DNA of 64,000 nt from a bacterium (GCA_023267535.1 JAHFNC010000003.1:75653-139652), one strand, 5' to 3'. Positions 1-9,092 are shown, numbered from the stretch's first letter. Notes: generated by a model not told the origin, from the sequence alone. Numbers and translations: made by a program.

Positions 1-212
1 TGACTATCAGTGCACACTTCCACCTCTTTTGCTTCTTTACCAATTTCTCGCAAACCAAAAAGCGCCCCAGACATTTCCATTCTATTATTTGTCGTTAAAT
101 CTTCTCTACCACCAAGTTCAATCACTTCATCCGGTGTAATAATAATACTCCCCCATCCTCCAGGTCCCGGATTTCCTCTTGATGACCCATCTGTCCAAAT
201 TTCTATTTTCAT
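1..212 (-). CDS. rnhA: ribonuclease HI (partial, C-terminal part lies beyond window start)
   Basis: Minus-strand translation from the ATG at 210-212 gives MKIEIWTDGSSRGNPGPGGWGSIIITPDEV...NNRMEMSGALFGLREI. This carries the RNase H catalytic signature (TDGS..GNPGPGGWG, NNRMEL). It is absent from the ORF track because it is open at the window edge. Confidence 0.7.
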   Translation of the reverse strand, partial: MKIEIWTDGSSRGNPGPGGWGSIIITPDEVIELGGREDLTTNNRMEMSGALFGLREIGKEAKEVEVCTDS

Positions 213-227
213 AATTAAATTATAACA

Positions 228-1943
228 TTAAGCCACATCAACTATTCTCAATCTCAGCTCCCCCTTTCCTCTAAAATAACTTTTTTCAAAATGAGCGATT
301 AATTTATGTTCCTTTTTTAATTTCTCTTCTAGCTTCTCATCAGTAAAAAATTTAATAGCTTTAACTTGTCCTGAATTAGAATTATAAATAACTTCAATGT
401 GTTCACTTTGTTTTCCGAATCTCCTCACACTAAGTGGCTTTGTTTTTGGAAAAGAAAAAATTGGTTTAGGATTAGCCACTCCAAATGGAGAAAGTGCATT
501 TATCGCTTCATAAGTTGTATGATTAATATCATCAAAAGAAATATCTGAATCAATTTTTGTTTTTTCATTTTCAATTTCTCTCACTTCCATACCTTTAAAC
601 ACTTCATTTAACGCATCACTTAACTTGTCTTTGTTTTTTATATCCAAAGAAAATCCTCCCGCCTGTTCATGTCCACCCCAATGTGTAAAAATGTCATGTC
701 CAACTTTTTGCATTAAAGAAACTACATGAACATCTCCGCGTGACCGACAAGACCCTTTTAAAATTTTTTCATCCTCTCCTCTGCCCCACACAAAAGTTGG
801 CTTACCAGTCTCGTCAATAATCTTCTGAGCAATAAGTCCGAGTATACCTGGTGACCAATCAACATTTCCCACAACCACTACATCATTTTTATAAACATCG
901 TGATCAAATGAAATATCATCCACCACATCTTTGACACTCTGCTTTCGTAAATTATTTAAATCATCAATCTCATTCACATAAAATTGCGACAAGATCGGAT
1001 CTTTTTCATAAAGCATATTATGCGCTTGAATTGGATGACCCATTCTCCCTGCCGCATTTATTCTCGGAGCAATAGTAAAAGAAATATCATCTTCGTTTAT
1101 ATTTGAAATAGATACGCCAGATTTCAAAAAAATATTTTTCAATCCCTGTCTTTTACATTTTTGTAAAACTTTAATCCCAAAGTAAGCGAGCGCTCTATTT
1201 TCTTTTTGAAGTGGCACCATATCAGCCACAGTTGATATCGCCACCAGATCAAGCAACCACTTTTCATAACCGTCTGGTAAACTTTTTACTTTCTCATCAA
1301 TTTCTTTATTTATTTTTTCGTCTCTTAATTTACTTAAGAGCGCACAAACAAGTTTCCATGCAACAGCACAACCACAAAGCATATCATCATGATAATCACA
1401 TTTATCTTGTTTTGAATTTATCACAACGAAAGCTTTTGGAAGTATTTCTTTTCCATCTTCATAAATCGGCAAATGATGATCTGTGACAATGACATTAATA
1501 CCTAAATCTTCTGCATACTTAATTTCTTCAAGATTTGTAATCGCTAAATCAACTGTAATCATCAAACTAACTCCATCTTTTTTTAATTTATCAATCGCTT
1601 CTATATTAAGTCCATATCCTTCGTTGTGTCTGTGTGGAATATACACGCAAATATTTTCATAACCAATAGCATCAAAAAAATCACGAAGCAAAACTCCCCC
1701 TGGCACCCCATCACAATCATAATCACTATAAATTACAATTTTCTCCCCTGCTTTTATCGCTTTAATAATTCTCTTCACAGCTTTCTCCATCCCATAAATC
1801 AAAAATGGATCAGCAACATCTCTCTCATAAGACGGATTTAAAAACTTTTCAATATCTTCATCAGAAAAAAATCCCCTATTATTAAGAAGTTTTTTTGTTA
1901 AATCATTAATCTTCAAATTACTTTCAGTTTTAGTTTCTTTCAA
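228..1943 (-). CDS. recJ: single-stranded-DNA-specific exonuclease RecJ (DHH phosphoesterase)
   Basis: 571 aa protein with DHH-family motifs (IYSDYDCDGV, VIVTDHHLP) and a DHHA1-type C-terminal region, matching the RecJ architecture. Confidence 0.85.
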   Translation of the reverse strand: MKETKTESNLKINDLTKKLLNNRGFFSDEDIEKFLNPSYERDVADPFLIYGMEKAVKRIIKAIKAGEKIVIYSDYDCDGVPGGVLLRDFFDAIGYENICVYIPHRHNEGYGLNIEAIDKLKKDGVSLMITVDLAITNLEEIKYAEDLGINVIVTDHHLPIYEDGKEILPKAFVVINSKQDKCDYHDDMLCGCAVAWKLVCALLSKLRDEKINKEIDEKVKSLPDGYEKWLLDLVAISTVADMVPLQKENRALAYFGIKVLQKCKRQGLKNIFLKSGVSISNINEDDISFTIAPRINAAGRMGHPIQAHNMLYEKDPILSQFYVNEIDDLNNLRKQSVKDVVDDISFDHDVYKNDVVVVGNVDWSPGILGLIAQKIIDETGKPTFVWGRGEDEKILKGSCRSRGDVHVVSLMQKVGHDIFTHWGGHEQAGGFSLDIKNKDKLSDALNEVFKGMEVREIENEKTKIDSDISFDDINHTTYEAINALSPFGVANPKPIFSFPKTKPLSVRRFGKQSEHIEVIYNSNSGQVKAIKFFTDEKLEEKLKKEHKLIAHFEKSYFRGKGELRLRIVDVA

Positions 1944-2034
1944 TTGAATTAAAGTATACCTCGAAACCTAAAAGTTGACTTAACTAAAAAATCGTGTTAG
2001 AAAGAAACAAGCTCACAATCAAAAAGGTAATCCT

Positions 2035-2229
2035 ATGGAATCACAAATTCCAGACGACCTGACCGAAGTACAAAAGACGGCTCTAAAAAAATATATCAAA
2101 TGGAAAAAATCTAGCCCCTACAGTGGACTAGATATAAAATATGCAATTGAAATTTTCCAAGGAGCCAACAAAGGGCTAAAAGATTACGCGGAAGCCGCGG
2201 AACACATCATGTCTGCCCTTAACCCTTAA
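2035..2229 (+). CDS. hypothetical small protein
   Basis: 64 aa ORF in the recJ-downstream spacer. No recognisable motif. Confidence 0.3.
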   Translation: MESQIPDDLTEVQKTALKKYIKWKKSSPYSGLDIKYAIEIFQGANKGLKDYAEAAEHIMSALNP

Positions 2230-3148
2230 CCCCAACATCGGTTTTGATAGTTGGGGTTTTCTTATAGGCATCAATAAAGTCAACAATTGCCTGATAAGAA
2301 TCTTTTAATGCTTTTCTTTTTTGATTTGTTTTTAAATCTCCTTTAGTCACCACCAACTCTGAAATATTTTTTAACACATTTTGTCTAATTGATTCAAGAA
2401 ACTTAGAAAAATATTCCCGATATACTTCATCAAACTTTTTATCATTAGTAACAACAAACTGTTCTCCCCTCTTTACTACATATTTAGAAAAATCTTGAGA
2501 AACTCCAAGTAATAATTCTCTGTCTTCAAGGACAACAACTTTAGGCGCATCAATTCCCAAAACTCCGTATTCGTTTTGATAACATAAAACATTCGCCATT
2601 TCGCCAGTATCTAAATTAAATTTTCTAAGAATATCTTCTTTCATACCTTCTTTATCTTTATTGGTCGTCACATCAACGCATAGAGCTACATGTGGATGAA
2701 CATTTGGAAAGTTTTCATTTCCTTTAACAAAATTATTTGTCATCTCAACCACCAAATCAACAAAACTATTTCCTTCGTCGTCCATCTTTGCTGTCTTTGT
2801 AACTTTTACATCAAAATATTCTCCAAGTCTCCCCTCTTTATTTGCAAGAAGAGGTAACATCTCAGAAAACCTAGCAAGAGAGCTGTGTTCCTTATTATCT
2901 ACAAAATCTTTTTCTATTTGACCTTTGTGTCTTGTGGTTGGTAATCCAGCAAATAAAACATTCAAATCTTTTCCTTTGTTTTTATATTCTTGAGATATAA
3001 GAAAAGGATTAACTTTTCCCGTCTTTATACTTTCATCAGCATCTAAAAATTCCACATTATCATCAAGCGAAGACCAGACCTCGGATCTGACCTGTTCCAT
3101 CTCATCAGGTGTCCACTGTTTCAACTCTGGATGATTTTTGTGTTCCAT
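2219..3148 (-). CDS. hypothetical protein
   Basis: 309 aa ORF with coding-like composition. No motif I can assign. Confidence 0.5.
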   Translation of the reverse strand: MEHKNHPELKQWTPDEMEQVRSEVWSSLDDNVEFLDADESIKTGKVNPFLISQEYKNKGKDLNVLFAGLPTTRHKGQIEKDFVDNKEHSSLARFSEMLPLLANKEGRLGEYFDVKVTKTAKMDDEGNSFVDLVVEMTNNFVKGNENFPNVHPHVALCVDVTTNKDKEGMKEDILRKFNLDTGEMANVLCYQNEYGVLGIDAPKVVVLEDRELLLGVSQDFSKYVVKRGEQFVVTNDKKFDEVYREYFSKFLESIRQNVLKNISELVVTKGDLKTNQKRKALKDSYQAIVDFIDAYKKTPTIKTDVGVKG

Positions 3149-3165
3149 AAAATTATTTTAACATA

Positions 3166-3549
3166 TTAATCTTTCACTATGTCTTCAAAAATTTTAACTT
3201 TCCCTCCCCTTTTCTCTAAATCTATATAAACGCAAACAAGGTCAATAATTGATTTTTGGTTGTTATTTTTTATTAGATTATGAAATTCAGCTGTCTTTAC
3301 AAACTTTCTCCATTTACTATGAGTCAAATTATCTTCTGGGCTGAAACTGTTTAGGTTCAAATTACTCAAATCTCTGACTTTTATACTTTTAACTTCTACA
3401 AAATGAACAATTCTGTCTTTTTCAGCGATTATGTCTATTTCTCCAAATTTAGTTCTAAAATTTGTATCTAGAATTAAAAATCCGTGTTTCATAAGAAACT
3501 CTCTCGCTATTTTCTCACCTATTTTACCAATTTCATTATGTTCTGACAT
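3166..3549 (-). CDS. yraN: YraN family (UPF0102) predicted endonuclease
   Basis: 127 aa. GEKIAREFLMKHGFLILDTNFRTKFGEIDIIAEKDRIVHFVEVK matches the YraN/UPF0102 core (GE.A..yL...Gy.IL.rN.r...GEIDII....d..vFVEVK). Confidence 0.75.
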   Translation of the reverse strand: MSEHNEIGKIGEKIAREFLMKHGFLILDTNFRTKFGEIDIIAEKDRIVHFVEVKSIKVRDLSNLNLNSFSPEDNLTHSKWRKFVKTAEFHNLIKNNNQKSIIDLVCVYIDLEKRGGKVKIFEDIVKD

Positions 3550-3806
3550 ATTTTGTTTCTTTCACATGAAACGTTTTGTCTATTACTATTTTTAGATAAA
3601 ACGACAATGACTTTTTAAAAAAGTCTTATAACATAAGCATATTATGTAATAAAGTTCACATAATTCATAATATGCCCTATAGGTACTTTACTGTCTTTTA
3701 TACACAGATACCACAGGTTTATCCACAGTTTATGAATGTCTTATTTAATAGCAATGGGTTTTTAATTTAAGAGAATTATGATAATATTTACTTGTAAATA
3801 AACGAT

Positions 3807-3880
3807 GCGGGTATGGTTTAGTGGTAGAATGCGTCCTTGCCAAGGACGAGACAGGAGTTCGATTCTCCTTACCCGCACCA
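3807..3880 (+). tRNA. tRNA-Gly (anticodon GCC), CCA encoded
   Basis: Cloverleaf GCGGGTATGG..TTTAGTGGTAGAA..CCTTGCCAAGG..GGAGTTCGATTCTCC..CCCGCACCA. Anticodon loop is TTGCCAA. Confidence 0.85.
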
Positions 3881-3918
3881 AATTAGTGCTTATTTTATAA
3901 AGGTTTTTTGAAAAATTG

Positions 3919-3990
3919 TGCTTCCGCTAGGATTCGAACCCAGAATAACGGTTCCGAAGACCGTTGTGATATCCATTTCACCACGGAAGC
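3919..3990 (-). tRNA. tRNA-Arg (anticodon TCG), no encoded CCA
   Basis: Reverse complement reads GCTTCCGTGGTGAAATGGATATCAC..ACGGTCTTCGGAACCGT..GGGTTCGAATCCTAGCGGAAGCA. Anticodon loop is CTTCGGA. Confidence 0.8.
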
Positions 3991-4019
3991 TCTATATTAA
4001 AGAAAATATAACATATATT

Positions 4020-5516
4020 ATGGAACTTATAAAAGAACAAATTCCTAAAGAAGTCATTATGGTTGTTGCTGTTCTTCAAAATGCTCAGTTTGAGGCGTTT
4101 TTGGTAGGAGGTTGTGTTAGGGATTTAATATTAGGTATTAAACCAAAGGATTACGACGTAACAACAAATGCAACTCCAGAACAAATAATATCCTTGTTTC
4201 CAAAGACTTTTTACGAAAATGATTATGGGACAGTAGGGGTTGTTACTTGCGGAGAAGAGCTAGGAATAGAATGTGTTGATGAAACTACAAAAATAATAGA
4301 AGTAACTCCTTATCGAATAGAGTCAACATACTCAGACAATAGACATCCGGACGAAATTAAATGGGGAAATAAAGTGGAAGATGATTTAATGCGCAGAGAT
4401 TTCACCGTTAACGCAATTGCTTATAATCCAATCACTCAAGAAGTAATTGACCCTCATAAAGGTCAAAATGATATAAGGGACAAAGTTATAAGATCAGTAG
4501 GGGATCCAGACAGAAGATTTAACGAAGATGCTCTGAGATTAATGAGAGCTATTCGCTTTATTTGCCAGCTAGATTTTGATTTAGATCCCGTTACACATGA
4601 AAGTGTAGAGAAAAACGCCCATTTATTAAAGAATATTTCACATGAAAGATTAAGAGATGAATTTATAAAAATATTATTAACTGATTTTCCAATGAGAGGA
4701 CTAATAATTTCACATGAAATAGGAATATTGCAGTATTTTTTACCAGAATTGGAAAAGGGGATTGGGGTTATGCAAAACCAAGCTCATAAATTTAGCGTTT
4801 GGGAGCATAATTTAAAGACAATGCAGCATGCGGTTGATAAAAAATGGTCTTTAGACTTAAGACTTTCAGGACTTTTACACGATATTTCTAAGCCAGAGAC
4901 TAGAAGATTCTCAAAAGAGAAGAATGATTACACCTTTTATGGACATGATGTCGTTGGAGCTCGTGTTACACATGAAATTATGAATAGGTTAAAGTTTCCA
5001 AAAGACATTTCGGAAAAGGTAGTGACTTTGGTTAGATGGCATATGTTTTTTAGCGATACCGAGAAAATAACCATCTCAGCTGTGAGACGTCTAATATCTA
5101 ATGTTGGTAAAGAAAATATTTGGGATTTAATAAATCTGCGTATATGTGACAGAGTAGGCACTGGAAGGCCAAAAGAGGAGCCTTACAGGTTTAGAATGTA
5201 TCAGTCTATGGTTGAACAGGCCTTGCAAGATCCAATCTCTCTTAAGATGCTTAAAACTAACGGGGAGAAAATTATGAGTGTTACACAAGAAACACCTGGA
5301 CCAAAGATTGGTTTTATCTTGCACGCCTTGTTTGAAGAAGTTTTAGAAGATCCGACAAGGAATACTGAAGAATACTTAGATCAGAGAACACTGGAATTAA
5401 TAAAACTTGATTTGCTTGAGTTAAAGAAACTGGCAGAGAAGGGGAGAATTGAAATGGAAAGCAAAAATGAAGAGCAAGTTAAAAATATAAGAAAGCAATT
5501 TGGTGTAAAATATTAA
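4020..5516 (+). CDS. cca: CCA-adding tRNA nucleotidyltransferase with C-terminal HD domain
   Basis: Pol-beta nucleotidyltransferase head (GGCVRDLILGIKPKDYDVTT), HD domain and tRNA-binding body. I place the start at ATG 4020 (MELIKEQIPKEV). The ORF-track start at 3918 would run through tRNA-Arg. Confidence 0.85.
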   Translation: MELIKEQIPKEVIMVVAVLQNAQFEAFLVGGCVRDLILGIKPKDYDVTTNATPEQIISLFPKTFYENDYGTVGVVTCGEELGIECVDETTKIIEVTPYRIESTYSDNRHPDEIKWGNKVEDDLMRRDFTVNAIAYNPITQEVIDPHKGQNDIRDKVIRSVGDPDRRFNEDALRLMRAIRFICQLDFDLDPVTHESVEKNAHLLKNISHERLRDEFIKILLTDFPMRGLIISHEIGILQYFLPELEKGIGVMQNQAHKFSVWEHNLKTMQHAVDKKWSLDLRLSGLLHDISKPETRRFSKEKNDYTFYGHDVVGARVTHEIMNRLKFPKDISEKVVTLVRWHMFFSDTEKITISAVRRLISNVGKENIWDLINLRICDRVGTGRPKEEPYRFRMYQSMVEQALQDPISLKMLKTNGEKIMSVTQETPGPKIGFILHALFEEVLEDPTRNTEEYLDQRTLELIKLDLLELKKLAEKGRIEMESKNEEQVKNIRKQFGVKY

Positions 5517-5570
5517 TTTTATTTTATCTACACAGATTAAAAATATGTGCTAAAATAATCAAATTAATTT

Positions 5571-5646
5571 CGGAATGTGGTGTAACGGCTAACATCCCTG
5601 GTTTGGGACCAGGTGACTCCGGGTTCGAATCCCGGCATTCCGACCA
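5571..5646 (+). tRNA. tRNA-Pro (anticodon TGG), CCA encoded
   Basis: CGGAATGTGGTGTAACGG...CCTGGTTTGGGACCAGG...CCGGGTTCGAATCCCGGCATTCCGACCA. Confidence 0.85.
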
Positions 5647-5696
5647 ATACAAAAAAGAACAGGCTAACCCTGTTCTTTTTTGTATTGGTCGGAATG
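5633..5696. repeat. 28-bp perfect inverted repeat (hairpin) built on the tRNA-Pro 3' end. Probable terminator or processing structure
   Basis: GCATTCCGACCAATACAAAAAAGAACAGG-CTAA-CCTGTTCTTTTTTGTATTGGTCGGAATGC. The downstream arm is the exact complement of the last 13 nt of the tRNA plus 15 nt of spacer. Confidence 0.5.
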
Positions 5697-5928
5697 CAAC
5701 AAGTGAACAGCTTCACTTGTGTCGGGATTCGAAAGTCGCAGTCATGTATTTGAAAAGTTGTTTCCCAGACTTTTCAAATACGGACGAGACGGGGTCGCAA
5801 GTACTTGCGACGGAAACATACGAAGTATGTTGAGGAAGTTAGTAACTTGTGACCGAATCCATTATAAATAAAGGGCGCACACATACCCTAGAAATTATTT
5901 ATGAAATATAGTAGTATGTTATCTACAA

Positions 5929-6001
5929 GCGGTGTTGGTTTAGTGGTAGAATGCCTGCCTTCCAAGCAGGAGACAAGAGTTCGATTCTCTTACGCCGCAC
6001 A
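5929..6001 (+). tRNA. tRNA-Gly (anticodon TCC), no encoded CCA
   Basis: GCGGTGTTGGTTTAGTGGTAGAATGCCTGCCTTCCAAGCAGGAGACAAGAGTTCGATTCTCTTACGCCGCACA. Anticodon loop is CTTCCAA. Confidence 0.85.
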
Positions 6002-6102
6002 AATTTAAACGAAGTGCAAAATTTTGCAAGTAAAGCAATGATGTCTAAACATCATTGTGTGAGAATAGAACGAAAAGCCGGTACACAAGATGAGCGGAAC
6101 GA

Positions 6103-6591
6103 ATGCTTGTCGGATTTTCCTTAGGTCAAAACTTTGAGTGTTTTATAAATCCGCCCGTGGTGGATGAAATAAAATACCAAAGTAATGACCGATTCTCTTA
6201 CGCCGCACAGAAATGTTACAATGTTGGTATGGAAGAATTTAAACAAAAACAATCAATAGAGGAAGCGGAGAAAAAAGATTTAGTTAGTTTAGAGGAACAT
6301 TATAAAACATTAACAGTAAAAGAACTAGAGTCGGAAAAAGCAGTCTTGTTAGATAAAATAAAAACACTTACAAACCATATAGATGGTGGCATAGATGCGG
6401 GATTCCCAAGATGGAAAGCTGAAATGGGACTTGCCCTTGCTAAGAAAAATTTAGAAACATTGGATATGGTAATGTCGGGAGAAACACAAGAAGATAAAGA
6501 TAGGGAAGCTTTTGATAGAGCAACGGCAGGGGACGCTAAGATGGTTGAGAAAGTGTCAAAGTACGGAGACTTGAATCAAAATCTGCACTAG
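6103..6591 (+). CDS. hypothetical protein (start uncertain; an internal ATG near 6226 is an alternative)
   Basis: 162 aa ORF ending at a strong terminator. The N-terminal part overlaps a 20-nt duplicate of the tRNA-Gly(TCC) 3' end, so the true start may lie further downstream. No SD-like sequence at either start. Confidence 0.35.
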   Translation: MLVGFSLGQNFECFINPPVVDEIKYQSNDRFSYAAQKCYNVGMEEFKQKQSIEEAEKKDLVSLEEHYKTLTVKELESEKAVLLDKIKTLTNHIDGGIDAGFPRWKAEMGLALAKKNLETLDMVMSGETQEDKDREAFDRATAGDAKMVEKVSKYGDLNQNLH

Positions 6592-6603
6592 AAAATATGA
6601 AAA

Positions 6604-6634
6604 CAAAAAACCGCATATCTGTGCGGTTTTTTGT
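6604..6634. terminator. bidirectional rho-independent terminator
   Basis: AAAAAACCGCATATCTGTGCGGTTTTTTG sits between convergent genes (6103-6591 on +, hup on -). Confidence 0.7.
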
Positions 6635-6649
6635 TAAAGGAATTTAATA

Positions 6650-6922
6650 TTACTTTACAGCTTCTTTCAAAGCCTTTGCTGCTGAGAACTTTGGAACCTT
6701 TGTTGCAGGAACCTTTACTGTCTCACCAGTCTTTGGGTTACGAGCATCGCGAGCCTTTCGGTGCTTTACTACGAACTTTCCTAGACCTGCGATTGAGACT
6801 TCGTCTCCTTTCTCTAATGTTTTAACAATTGTATCAAAAACAGTATCTACTACTGCTTCTGCTTGAACTTTTGTTGTACCCAATTGTGCATTTACTGCAT
6901 CAACAAGACCTGCTTTATTCAT
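6650..6922 (-). CDS. hup: DNA-binding protein HU
   Basis: 90 aa. MNKAGLVDAVNAQLG..KGDEVSIAGLGKFVVKHRKARDARNPKTGETVKVPATKVPKFSAAKALKEAV is the classic HU/IHF fold sequence. Confidence 0.9.
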   Translation of the reverse strand: MNKAGLVDAVNAQLGTTKVQAEAVVDTVFDTIVKTLEKGDEVSIAGLGKFVVKHRKARDARNPKTGETVKVPATKVPKFSAAKALKEAVK

Positions 6923-7114
6923 ATGATTTATTATTTGTGGTATTCAGGTTTCCTAGGACCAAAACACCAATGAAAGATAATTTATAATTTCATCGCAGAA
7001 ACGATTCAAGCGATGGATATAAACAGTATATAAATTCGGCGATTTTTAGCAAGTCACAAGACAATAGTATTTTTTTATGTCAAATTGTATATTTTTACAT
7101 AAAAAATTTAGTGG

Positions 7115-7357
7115 CTACTTTTTACTATATAAAATAACTATATATGTTCCCAAAAAAGAACCAATTACAAGAGGAATTAAGTATAAATAATTCTTTGTAT
7201 ACGAAATTACTGTGAACGCTGTAAGAATATGAATGAGTGCACCAAATGTTGCTGATTGAAATGCTTTTTTCTCTGTTACACGCAATGTATACAATGCATA
7301 TAATCCATCAATACATAATGTTGCAATAAAAACCGAAATAAAAATAAGGGGTGACAT
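7115..7357 (-). CDS. small hypothetical membrane protein
   Basis: 80 aa, two hydrophobic helices. No other support. Confidence 0.4.
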   Translation of the reverse strand: MSPLIFISVFIATLCIDGLYALYTLRVTEKKAFQSATFGALIHILTAFTVISYTKNYLYLIPLVIGSFLGTYIVILYSKK

Positions 7358-7418
7358 ATAAAAATATTATACATTACCACCGCCACTCGTTAGCAAAAAA
7401 ATGTTTTCATAACGATTA

Positions 7419-7543
7419 TCGTTAGTTTAAAATTGTTTTAGAGGCGCGAAGCAAAAGTTGTTGTGCGACAGAGCAATACAATAGTATTGTGACGAGCCAA
7501 TAACTTGAAGCGACAAAGCCTATAAAGCAATTTTAAACTAACG
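7419..7543. repeat. structured palindromic element, family A copy 1 (second copy at 25888-26012)
   Basis: The outer arms TCGTTAGTTTAAAATTG ... CAATTTTAAACTAACG are near-perfect complements. Internal motifs GCGCGAAGC and GAAGCGACAAAGCC are shared with the copy at 25888-26012. It overlaps the last codons of rny. Confidence 0.5.
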
Positions 7544-9046
7544 AGCGAATTCAATGGTACGAGATTCCCGTATAACATTAATCTTTATCTCTCCTGGATA
7601 ATGCAATTCCTGTTCTATTCTGATTGCAATATTTCTTGCTAGATCACGAGCTTCTAAATCAGAAACTAGTGATGGGGTAACAAACACTCTGACTTCTCTT
7701 CCGGCTTGTAGTGCGTAAACTTTTTCAATACCAGAAAATCCAAGAGCTATTGCTTCTAAATCTTCAAGCCTTTTAATATATCTCTCCACCGTATCTCTTC
7801 TCGCACCAGGGCGTCCTCCGCTTATAGCATCTGCTATTTGAACAATAACTGATTCAATACTTTCATATGGATATTCTTCATGATGTGATTGCATGGCTTT
7901 TATTATTCTTTCATCAATACCATACTTCATTAAAATCTTTCTACCAATCTCAACATGAGTCCCTTGTATCTCGTGATCTACTGCTTTGCCAATATCATGA
8001 AGAAGGGCAGCTGTTTTTGCAATTTGAACATCAACACCCAATTCATAAGCAAGCATGCCAGCAATATGTGTCATCTCTACTGAATGTTCCAAAACATTTT
8101 GCCCATAACTTGTTCTAAAATAAAGTCTTCCAATTAAAGGCATAATTGTTTCTGGAATTGAAAGAAGTCCACATTCTAAAACAGCTTCTTCTCCTTTCTT
8201 TTTCATAAAGGTGCCAATCTCTTTCTTTGCTTTCTCTAGCGATTCCTCAATCTTTATTGGTTGAATACGTCCATCTTTTATTAAAGCCTCAAGAGCATTA
8301 GTGGCGATAGCGCGACGAACAGGATCAAAACAAGAAACGACAATTGTGTTTGGCGCTTCATCAACCAAAACTTCAACTCCAGAAATTTTTTCAAAAGCTT
8401 TTATATTTCTTCCTTCTTTGCCAATTATCTTTCCTTTGATTTCTTCGTTTTCGATTTCAATAGTGCTAGTGGTAAAAGAAGTGATGTCGCCGTTAGCGAT
8501 ACGATAAATAGAATTAACTAAAATGTCTTTAGCTTTTTCTTCTAGGCGCTTTTCGCCGTCACGAGAAAGTTTAAGAGAAAGAGAATTCAAATCTTCTTCC
8601 TGCTCGCGTGAAATTTTGCGAAGCAAAATTTCACGCGCTTCTTCTTTATCAAGTATTGCTACTTTTTCTAACTCTTTTTCTATGCTTTTTTCTTTTTCTT
8701 CAATCTTATCTTTTACTGTCTGTAAATCTTTTACTTTAGTTCGAAGTATTTCTGTTTCTTTATTAAGAGAATCTTCTTTTTTCAGAATATCTCCTTCTCG
8801 ACGATCTAGTCTTTCCTCTTGCTTAGCTACTCGTTCTTCAGCTTTCTCCATTTCTGTTCTAATTTCTTTAGCGCGAGACAGTGCCTCATCCTCAATCGCC
8901 AAAGCTTTTCTTTTAGCTTCAACAATTTTCTCTTCCATCTCTTGCTCTATAGTTCCACGACGATATCTAGCGACAAAATGACGAATGACATATCCTAAGG
9001 CAACACCAACAACCCCAATAACAATATCTAATAATAAATAATTCAT
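7538..9046 (-). CDS. rny: ribonuclease Y
   Basis: N-terminal TM helix, long K/E coiled coil, KH domain (IIGKEGRNIKAFEKISGVEV) and HD domain (LLHDIGKAVDHE) give the RNase Y architecture. Confidence 0.85.
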   Translation of the reverse strand: MNYLLLDIVIGVVGVALGYVIRHFVARYRRGTIEQEMEEKIVEAKRKALAIEDEALSRAKEIRTEMEKAEERVAKQEERLDRREGDILKKEDSLNKETEILRTKVKDLQTVKDKIEEKEKSIEKELEKVAILDKEEAREILLRKISREQEEDLNSLSLKLSRDGEKRLEEKAKDILVNSIYRIANGDITSFTTSTIEIENEEIKGKIIGKEGRNIKAFEKISGVEVLVDEAPNTIVVSCFDPVRRAIATNALEALIKDGRIQPIKIEESLEKAKKEIGTFMKKKGEEAVLECGLLSIPETIMPLIGRLYFRTSYGQNVLEHSVEMTHIAGMLAYELGVDVQIAKTAALLHDIGKAVDHEIQGTHVEIGRKILMKYGIDERIIKAMQSHHEEYPYESIESVIVQIADAISGGRPGARRDTVERYIKRLEDLEAIALGFSGIEKVYALQAGREVRVFVTPSLVSDLEARDLARNIAIRIEQELHYPGEIKINVIRESRTIEFAR

Positions 9047-9092
9047 AATTTATTTGTAACAAAATTTAATTTTCTGTGTTAAACAGAAAAAA

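Noticed and set aside
1211-1841. Plus-strand ORFs 1211-1486 and 1626-1841
   Set aside because: They lie fully inside and antisense to the well-supported recJ gene, with low-complexity translations. Spurious.
3918-4019. ORF-track start of the cca gene at 3918
   Set aside because: That extension is the reverse complement of tRNA-Arg(TCG). ATG 4020 is the first start after the tRNA, so it is used instead.
8523-8981. 152-aa Ser-rich plus-strand ORF
   Set aside because: Antisense to rny. Its composition is a mirror of the K/E-rich coiled-coil codons. Artefact.
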